NCBI RefSeq assembly: GCF_009914755.1
Contig: NC_060936.1
Reading direction: 5' to 3' (one strand)
Length of the DNA: 64,000 bases
DNA from: the human T2T-CHM13v2.0 reference genome, Homo sapiens
Below, piece after piece: positions 1 through 31,881 of this stretch; the first letter of the stretch is position 1; every line of letters begins with the position of its first letter. The notes below the pieces were generated by a model. The model saw only the letters and a program-made list of their open reading frames with translations. It was not told the origin of the DNA and did no database searches. The position numbers and the translations under genes were made by a program.

Positions 1-57
1 AAGCATATGCGTCTTCAGCCTGACTGGGCTGGAGAGGCAGTGCGTCCTCCTGGCCGG

Positions 58-66
58 GGGGCGGGG
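58..66 (+). promoter_or_regulatory. GC box (Sp/KLF site)
   Basis: GGGGCGGGG exact consensus upstream of the repeat. Confidence 0.7.
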
Positions 67-76
67 GCCGTCGCGC

Positions 77-85
77 TCACGTGAC
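77..85 (-). promoter_or_regulatory. E-box, USF/MiT-TFE (CLEAR-type) motif
   Basis: TCACGTGAC, reverse complement GTCACGTGA. Confidence 0.65.
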
Positions 86-93
86 CTTTGCTC

Positions 94-156
94 ATGGCGG
101 CGGCGGCGGCGGCGGCGGTGCTGGTGGTGCTCGGCGGCCGGAGCCGGATCCTGTAG
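94..156 (+). other. Upstream ORF, 20 aa MAAAAAAAVLVVLGGRSRIL
   Basis: ATG 94-96, (GCG)7, TAG 154-156 read directly. Whether it is translated is not shown by the sequence. Confidence 0.6.
96..118 (+). repeat. DIP2B: (GGC)7/(CGG)7 5'UTR trinucleotide repeat, the FRA12A locus, non-expanded allele
   Basis: Seven uninterrupted GGC units at 96-116 plus GG, upstream of the DIP2B ATG. The DIP2B 5'UTR CGG repeat is the known basis of fragile site FRA12A. Confidence 0.93.
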
Positions 157-234
157 CCGGGTGTGGGCCCGTGTCTGTCCGTCCCTCCTTCGGCCCCCTC
201 TCTTGTCTTCCGGAGTGTGGCTGGCGGAGCTGGG

Positions 235-334
235 ATGGCGGAACGAGGCCTGGAGCCGTCGCCGGCCGCGGTGGCGGCGCTGCCGCCTGAAGTGCGGGCG
301 CAGCTGGCGGAGCTGGAGCTGGAGCTCTCGGAGG
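235..334 (+). CDS. DIP2B: DIP2B coding exon 1 (N-terminus, start of DMAP1-binding domain); partial CDS
   Basis: gggATGG strong Kozak. Translates MAERGLEPSPAAVAALPPEVRAQLAELELELSE+G, matching the DIP2-family motif LAELELELSEG(DITQKGYEKKR). Ends in phase 1 at donor G|GTAGGA. Confidence 0.95.
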
Positions 335-2659
335 GTAGGAGCCGGGCCGGGGAGAGGGCGCCCGGGGCCCTGCGGATCGCGGCGACTTGGGAGACAGGTC
401 CCCGCCGCGCGCTCTGGCGGCCGTGCGGCGAGGGGGACGAGGGTGTAGAGAACCTGGCCTGGCACTCCACGACCGTTTTCCCTCCTCTCCCACCCCATTA
501 AGTGGTTTCCTGTGGCTTTCATTGTTTTCCCATGGAGGGGACTAAGTAAGGGCTTGTGGAAGGGTCCTCCCGGGCCCACACTGCTTCTGCGCTTCCTGCC
601 CCCCAAAACCCGAGACAAAGCTGCGCCCTCCCGCTTCTGCCCAGGCGTCTGGCCCAGGTGGGGTGAGGGGTAGGGCTGCGAGGAGGGTGGCTGACAGCTT
701 TCTCCTTTCCTCTCCCCTTTTCGTGGAGGGCTCCACGCCTTGTTCCAGCCCCCCCTTCCCCCTTTCAAAAAGAGACACATGGGAAATCCGCAGCATCATT
801 TCTTCTCTTTCCTTTAACAATGCGCGATGCCTCCCCAGTGACAGGAGTGAGACACAAGCGGGTGAGCCATTTAGGGTCCTAGGAAGATAAGAAGCAATGG
901 CATTAACCCAGAGAGACACACGGTGCTGCTTTTAGACCACCTTTGTCATAAGAAGTTTTTTTTTTTCCTGGTGCCTGTTATTCGGGCCGAATTTTCCGCA
1001 TCTGGTCACCTTTTGGAGTCTTTGATGAAGGAAGGAGAGGAGGCTACCGTTTACTTGCAAATCCTGGCTGGCATTCTTTCTTTTGACAATGGATTGGGAC
1101 AGGGAGGGTTCGATTTATTTTCAGAATTAAAAAAAAAAAATGGGATAAATCAAGCCACTGTTATTAGAGAACTCCTTGTACAACAATGAGAGAAACACAG
1201 TGCTCCGTTGTGGGCATGTGATCAGGCTTCTGGGGCAGTTGTGATCAGTTCTGTGTAAAGTTCCTGTTTTTATCACTGGCTGCCCCTGAGACAAAAGCAG
1301 CATTTTCTCCAAGCTTGATACCAGTACTTTGATTGTGTCTCCAGAGTTGCATATTCTTACTGAGTTCCTTGTGGAAGGCCCTCTTCACTAGCATTTTTCA
1401 AGTGGATCAAAAACTCTTGATTGGAAAAGAAGAATGTGACCAACTCCCAGGAGCTTATTAAACATTACTTATTGTTTACTTATTAAGGCATTATGGTTCC
1501 CTCCCCTCTGAGAATCCTTTACAATGAAAAACCAAAAATAGAGTTGAATGTTATAAATCCTGTTGGGCACTGAAGGAAATAATTATTTTTAATAACCCTT
1601 TTAATAACCCAATGTGTAGGAAAGTGCTGTTTTTACCTGTACTTAACTATCAACATGTTATTTTTCAATTAATCCAATTTTCAAGTTATTCTTCGGCCAG
1701 TGTCCCGGGAATCACTGGTATTAGATTAGTTTGTTTCTGTGAAGTGTTTAAGAAGATAGGAATCCTCTGGGTTTGTCTGCCCAGTTATACCTTAAGTTCC
1801 CCCCGCTTCGAAAATCGAGGGGCTTTTTGCATTACCATCAATTCTGTCTCTCAAGATAACTCATTCTTCTCCTAGACTAAAGCATTGACATTAAATCTGT
1901 GTTGACTTGCATTAAAATCTGACTTTTAAAACTGCTATTTGAAAGTAACAAATCATCTAGCTTTGATTAGAGAGAGGTTTGCCTGGATGCTTGCGTCAGA
2001 GGGAGATTAAAAATAGGAGTTGATTGCTTTCACACGGAGAGGGAAATCCTGGAAGCTCCTTATTCTGGGTATATCTGCTTCCAGCTGATTGTTGTTTACA
2101 TCTCTGGGTGTTTCTAGACATCTCTAGAATGTCTAGAAACATTCTGAGGAACTATTTCTAGGACCCACACTGATTAGCTCACCTCTCTCTCCTTCAGAAA
2201 GGTGTGAAACTTCTACAAATTGTGAATGCCAAGGCTTAAACATTTTAAGGACAAGTGCATGGTTTGCTTTCCAATGAAGGATTATTTTGGTTGGCATCTG
2301 ACTTGGTTTGAATTTGTTTCTTATAGATATACTACACTTCTTGTATTTCATTTGTTTTAGCAATGGATGACTGGAAAAAATACAATTGAAAAACTTGGGC
2401 CTGCAGTGTCAGCATATTGGTCATCTTTCTTGCTTAAAGTACAGGGGATGGTTGGCTGGAGAAGTAGATAGACATTAGGAATTCAAGTGAAGTTAAAATA
2501 ATCCAAAAGTCCCCATATCTGTGTAGTATGGTGTTATTTGTGATGCCTGTAGCATATTTGGAGCTAAGGTTTGTTCGTTTTGCATTTTCTCTACAGTTAC
2601 TCTGCTCTAACATAAGTACTTTGTCTTTTTTTGTTTTAGATGCTTTTCTTTCGTTTGTT

Positions 2660-4097
<1,438 letters not shown>

Positions 4098-5657
4098 TAA
4101 ACAGTTCTATACCACAGTGTTGATTCTCTCTCTGAAATCTCTTTCAAATCCATCACTTATGCATTCAGTTCAGCAGATGTGTATTTTGTGCCTACTGTGT
4201 GCAAATGAGCAGGATACCCTGGTAGCTTTTAAGAAGCTGAGTCTGCCAGGGAAATCATTGAAAACTGCCAACAAAACAGTGCATGACCATGGTGGAGTTA
4301 TGTACAGAGGCTGCCTTCTAAGAAAAGAGGAAGCTATCTGCTTTATCGTTGTGAGAGATAGAAGAGAATTATAAATACGAGATTGGATTGTGTGGCTAGT
4401 AGAGCGGGCTATAATTTAGCCTGTGCAGTTCAGCCATAAGTGCAACGCGAAGAATGTTCCTATACTTCTGTGGCATGCAGGAAGGAGCTCAAGTCTTTCA
4501 GTGTCTGAGAACAGTCCAAAGATGACAACTGGAAAGGTATTTAAGATAAAATAACACTCACAGGAAGGGATCCTCCCTTTTCTTGTTTGAACACTTCTCT
4601 GAGTACAAACAGTAAACATAGTCCCATCCTCCCTTTCTCCTGTCTGTTTCATCACGTAGCTTTGTGGTCCTTAAAGCATGGCACAGGGTCTGCCACGAAG
4701 GCAAAGGGATAAGAGAAGACTGCTTCCTAGGAATTGCAGTGACTTTTAATGGGGAAGAGGTGGGAGAGTTGAAGAGGAAAAAGAAGAGATGTTGGATAAA
4801 GATTTTACAGTCTCAGAAGGGGGCAGTTAGACTTAAGCCACCATAAAACTGGTAAATTCCTCCTGCTTTACCTATCATGGGAAACGGGGCCACTTATCCC
4901 AAAATCCGTAGCTTAGTCATAGATTCGTAGGATACACCTTTATCAAAGTTCTGTCTAAGCAGTTGTAACATCTGATGCTAGGAGTATTAAGGAAAGCAGG
5001 AATGTAGATTTTTAAATAACCAAGAATGGGCATTATCTAAGTAATCTACCTCCAGAACTTGCATGTGTGTTTTTGGTGGGCAGGAGCTCATCTTCAGAAT
5101 TACTGTCAGAGCCTGTGACACATTCCTTTGAAAATCCTCATGGTGGCAGATTTCAATTCTTTGAGGGTAAAGTTTCATTTATAGGTCACTTGGAATCAAG
5201 TAGAGAAAAGCTGGTTAATATTCTTTTAGAACCCAAACTAGTTGTGACTGAAAAAATTAGAGTGATTATAAACTGATTTTAGTTGTGATTGTCAAAAAAA
5301 ATCAGAATGATTGTAAACTGGTTTTGAGGGCAGTTCCAGAAGAGAATTTACAGACAAATTCACTGGAAGAATGATTCACCTTATTGAAAAGAGTAGCTTT
5401 TATGGATACCCTTGTTCTGGTGTGTATTTTGAAAAATTAATCTTGTTTGACAGCCCCATGGCATTGAGCTGGATTTTTGAATAAGATAAATCATTAATAT
5501 GTCACGCTTAGCTCAGCCCTTGGTTACAACTTTCTGTCCTAGCCTGTTTAAGACTTAGCACTTCAGGGTTGAAAGTTCATATGACTGGCTAAAAAGGGCC
5601 TTCATACTATATTTGTGTTCTAATTACTAGAGTTCTCCATGGTTCTCTCTCATGTGA

Positions 5658-10637
<4,980 letters not shown>

Positions 10638-11034
10638 TACACTGTGGACTGGTATCTTTATGAAACTCTCCCCTTCCTAACCTTTGTGGCATAGTTTCCT
10701 TCTGGCTTCCTAACCTTCCTCGTGCTCTCTCTGGGGTTTCTTCTACTCTTTCTTTCTCCTGATGAGGGTATTCCTCAGATTTGTGTCTGTTCTTCACCTC
10801 ACTTTACATACAGAGATAAGTAATCTTATCTGTGCCCAGGGCTTCAGCTGTCATGGCTGTGCACGTGGTTCCCTAGTCTGTATCTGTAGCCCTGACTTGC
10901 CTCTGCTCTAGACATTCCATTGGTTCCCCCATGCTAACTTGGTAAGTCTAAAACAACTCTGTTTCAACTTCCTCCTCCACCCCTGCCCCCACCTCCCTGC
11001 TTCACAGATAACTGTATTTCAGAATGTCCACTTA

Positions 11035-11750
<716 letters not shown>

Positions 11751-11785
11751 CTTACCAAAGTCAAAAAAATTGAGAGTCATCCTTA

Positions 11786-12333
<548 letters not shown>

Positions 12334-13337
12334 AAAAAATTTGTTTTAATTAGATTTTTTTTTTTAAATTAAATAGAGATGGGGTTTTGCATTGTTTCCC
12401 AGGCTGATCTCACTCCTGGGCTAAGGTGATCCACCCGTCTTGACCTCCCAAAGTGCTGAGATTACAGGTGTGAGCCACCTTGCCCAGTGATCCATATTCT
12501 AATGGATCACTGAGTCTTGTTGTTTCTACTTCCTGTTCTCCATATCATTCCAGTGTTAGTTCAGGCACTTATTTCTTGCTTAGACTAATGAGGTAGTCTC
12601 CTAACTCATCAGCCTGTCTCGGTCTCTTCTCCCTTCAGTAGGTCTTTCTCTACCCTGTCACTGATTGATCATTCTGAAACACAAACCTAATTGTGTTCTC
12701 TTCCCTGTTTAAAAGTTTTCCTTGGCTTCTCTCAGTCACAGGATAAACTCTAAGCATCTTTCTTTGTATACCAAGACCTGCCTGCCTTTTTACCCTCATT
12801 TCCTGCTCTGTCTATATTTGTTGTCTGCTCTCTAGCCATGCCAGATGACTTGCACTTCCATGAATGCACTGTGCTTTTTTTCACTTGTATGCTTTTGTAT
12901 ACATTGCCATTCTCTAAAATGTCCACTCTGGTATGTTCTTCCCCTTTTTTTGCCCGGTTAACTTCTGTTTCAGTTTCCTGTGAGTTTCCAGTTAACTTCT
13001 GTTTCGTTCCAGTTTCCTTTTCTAAGCTCTTTTAAGAAGTTAAATCTCTGTATAAGTAGTCATCAGTTATTGAGAGCTTATGATGTAATAGGTCCTGTGC
13101 TTAGCACTTCATATACCTTGCCTGGCTAGTAAGTAGGTGCTGAATACATAGCTCCTATTAGCATAATGATGATGAGGGAACTGAGGTAGCAAAAAGCACC
13201 TGAACATTGCATACAATGTATCTTCCCACCTGTGGTTACACATTTCCCATAAGGTAGCATTCTGGACGCATGGCACTGGGAAGGAGCACTGAATTTAGGA
13301 GTCATGCTGAATTGGGTTCACATATGGTCTTGGGCAA

Positions 13338-17402
<4,065 letters not shown>

Positions 17403-17417
17403 CATTTTTGAAAAATG

Positions 17418-17800
17418 GAAAGAAAGATTAATAAAAACAACAGGATAATTATTTATCTGGTTATTCCAGTTCAGGGTCTGGGAAGGCAGGAACCTATCCC
17501 AGCAGCTCAGGGTACAAGACGGGAACCAGCCCTGGAAAGGACTTTCCATTGCAGGGCGCACACATACATACACACACTCACTTAGACTGGGACAATTAAA
17601 TGTGCCAGTTCACCTAATGGATGCATCTTTGGGGTATGGGGGAAACTAGAGTACCTGGAGAAAACCTACACAGACATGGGGAGAACGTGCAAACGCCACA
17701 CAGATAGTGGCCCTGGCTGGGAATTGATTTTTTTGTTTTTCTTTTCAGCCTCTTTATAACATAACATTGAGTAAAATAAGGTTACTTCAGGTCCTGCTTG
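17418..17800 (-). mobile_element. MER6A-type TcMar-Tigger DNA transposon fragment
   Basis: Reverse complement reads 'TTTGCACGTTCTCCCCATGTCTG..GGTTTTCTCCAGGTACTC', 'CCCTGAACTGGAATAA', as in the MER6 consensus; the terminus is followed by TA. Confidence 0.8.
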
Positions 17801-18219
17801 TATATACATAGTATATATTGAGAATGACAAGGAATGTGTGATATAAATGCTAAGTAAGAATCCAGAAGAAACATATTGCAAGAGAAAACCTAGTCGTCTG
17901 AAAGAAACATTCCCAGTGATTTCAGCAGAACTCAGATGTTGGACAGGGTAATGTGGTGGATAGGTGGTAAGTAAAAGCATTATTTGATGTCACTGGGATA
18001 TTGGCAGGGGAAGAATGGGAATTAACTGCATTGGTGAGGAGAAAAATATTTTATTTATAAAAGTGTTAAAAATTATAAAATATTTCCTGGAATATATTTG
18101 GGAAAAAGAGAAAAATTATACAATACTTAAATATTGTAAGAAAGACATAAGATCTGTATGAAGAAAATTGTAAAACTTTAAAGATATAAAAGCAGAATCT
18201 GAAAAAATGGAAATATATA

Positions 18220-18561
18220 CAGTTGTTCCTTTCTTCGTAGGGGATTGGTTCCGGGACTCCCCTCAGTTACCAAAATCCAAGGGTGCTCAAGTCTGCTAAA
18301 AAATGGCATGGTATTTGCATGTAACGTAAGCACATCCTCTTGTTTAAATCAACTCTAGATTACTTATATACTTGTATAGTACCTAATACAGTGAAAATAC
18401 TATGTCAATAGTTGTTATTCTTTATAATTCAGAGAGTGATGACAGGAAAAAAAAAATCTGTACATGTTCAGTACAGATGGCTTTTTTTCCTCCACCTATT
18501 TTCACTTAGAGGTTTGTTTAATCCATGGATGTGGAACCCAAAGATATGGACGGGCCAACTG
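18220..18561. mobile_element. MER2 (Tigger-family non-autonomous DNA transposon) inside an old L1M fragment
   Basis: TA-CAGTTG...CAACTG-TA termini; internal 'ggggattggttcc', 'atccatggatgtggaaccc'. Confidence 0.85.
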
Positions 18562-19199
18562 TACTGTGTTCCTGAATGAGAAGACTGATATATATAAATT
18601 TAATGGGAGTCCAATTAGAACTCCAATGGAAGATTCTTTAGGGAATGGAGAATTAGATAAAATGATCTTAGTGTTCACATGGAAGAATAAATAGAATAGC
18701 CAAGAAAATTTAGAAACGGAATAGTGAGGTGATACTTGGCCTTACCACATATTAAAACAGATTCTAAAGTTACTGTATTCAAAGCAGTATGGTATTAGCT
18801 TTAAAACAGGATGAATGGACAGAATACTATGCCCAAATTCTTATATATATAGGAAAACAATTACGTGTGAAAACATACAAGTTGTATTAGCTTAGTTCAG
18901 TTGTCTTCCCAATTTCCTCAAATTATAAAATATTTTAAAATAAATTTACTAGGACTCCATAGGACATCAGAATAGAGAACTTGTTGATATTCTGTTTATC
19001 CTGTCAGGAGGAGTACACTGGAGCTAGAAAGAAAAGCCTCTTCCTGCAATGTCTTTCCAGTGCCCTCTATGGACAGGCAAAGTTTAACATCATGGCAGCT
19101 GTCAAAGGAAAAATATTTAAAGGGCCCATCTCAGTTTTCACAGAGCAGCGAGGGTATATTTGGAGCTGAAAGGCCATAAATTGATAACACATCCTTGAT

Positions 19200-21260
<2,061 letters not shown>

Positions 21261-21658
21261 GCAGGGAGAAGATTCCAATGGAATTCTTTAGATGGTGGCA
21301 GCTTTAAAGAGTAAAGAAGTGTAGGCTCTGTCCCCAGGGTCTCTGCCAGGAAGGATGGGGACCCCTGTGGAAGCTGGTGAGAGCTGCCCCTCAGGGGCCT
21401 ATGTGTTTCCTGGCATTTGGTTTTTAATGTTTGCTTGTTTGTTTTTCCCTTATTTTCCTCACTATATACCCTCTGATTTTTACACTTGACTTTTACAGTT
21501 GGGTGATATGTGACAACTTTCCGTTTCTTCAGTCTGCCTGACTACTTTGCTTATCCAATTCATTTGGTATTTATTATGCAAATACTTTCAGAATACACAG
21601 CTCCAAGCCTGGGACAGTGCTTGGGTGAGAGCTGGAGCCACGCCACTGTGCTCCCTGA

Positions 21659-30350
<8,692 letters not shown>

Positions 30351-30471
30351 TAAATTAACTGGGCAGTTATTTTTTAAAGAAAATCCAGGCCAGGCCTGGT
30401 AGCTTATAGCTGTAATCCTAGCACTTTGGGAGGCCAAGGCAGGACGATTGCTTGAGCCCAGGAATCAGGAA

Positions 30472-30774
<303 letters not shown>

Positions 30775-30788
30775 GAGCCCAGGAATTT

Positions 30789-31312
30789 TTTTTTTTAAAT
30801 TTTATTTTATTATTATTATACTTTAAGTTTTAGGGTACATGTGCACAATGTGCAGGTTAGTTACATATGTATACATGTGCCACGCTAGTGTGCTGCACCC
30901 ATTAACTCGTCACTTAGCATTAGGTATATCTCCTAAAGCTATGCCTCCCCCCTCCCCCCACCCCACAACAGTCCCCAGAGTGTGATGTTCCCCTTCCTGT
31001 GTCCATGTGTTCTCATTGTTCATTTCCCACCTATGAGTGAGAATATGGGGTGTTTGGTTTTTTGTTCTTGCGATAGTTTACTGAGAATGATGATTTCCAA
31101 TTTCATCCATGTCCCTACAAAGGACATGAACTCATCATTTTTTATGGCTGCATAGTATTCCATGGTGTATATGTGCCACATTTTCTTAATCCAGTCTATC
31201 ATTGTTGGACATTTGGGTTGGTTCCAAGTCTTTGCTATTGTGAATAGTGCCGCGATAAACATACGTGTGCATGTGTCTTTATAGCAGCATGATTTATAGT
31301 CCTTTGGGTATA
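30789..31312 (-). mobile_element. 5'-truncated young primate L1 (L1PA2/PA3-like): ORF2 C-terminus and 3'UTR
   Basis: Minus ORF translates KDTCTRMFIAALFTIAKTWNQPKCPTMIDWIKKMWHIYTMEYYAAIK (L1 ORF2p end). TSD GAGCCCAGGAATTT at 30775 and 31313. Carries GAG rather than the L1HS-Ta ACA diagnostic. Confidence 0.93.
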
Positions 31313-31375
31313 GAGCCCAGGAATTTGAGACCATCCCAGGCAACAAAGTGAGACCTTATTTCTACTAAATACGTG

Positions 31376-31415
31376 CATACATACATACATACATACATAC
31401 ATACATACATACATA
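31376..31415. repeat. (CATA)10 tetranucleotide repeat in an Alu middle linker
   Basis: Read directly. Confidence 0.95.
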
Positions 31416-31592
31416 CGCCAGGCTGCATGGTGGCGTGAGCCTGTAGTCCAAGCTACTCAGGAGGATTGCTTGAGCCCAGGAGGGAAGGCTGCAGTGATCA
31501 TAGCAGTGAGCTATGATCATGCCACAGCCTGGGCAACAGAATGAGACCCTATGTCTTTAAGAAAGAAGAAAAAATCAATTCATGTATAGTGA

Positions 31593-31881
<289 letters not shown>

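Larger units (their letters stand above)
40..640. promoter_or_regulatory. DIP2B: CpG island promoter / first-exon region of DIP2B
   Basis: Very GC- and CpG-rich stretch surrounding exon 1; CpG density falls after ~650-800. Boundaries judged by eye. Confidence 0.9.

Noticed and set aside
335-501. Continuation of the 163..501 ORF past exon 1
   Set aside because: Lies after the GT donor at 335; intronic read-through with no DIP2 similarity.
31020-31346. 108-aa minus-strand ORF
   Set aside because: C-terminus of L1 ORF2p in a 5'-truncated copy, with the start supplied by flanking Alu sequence.
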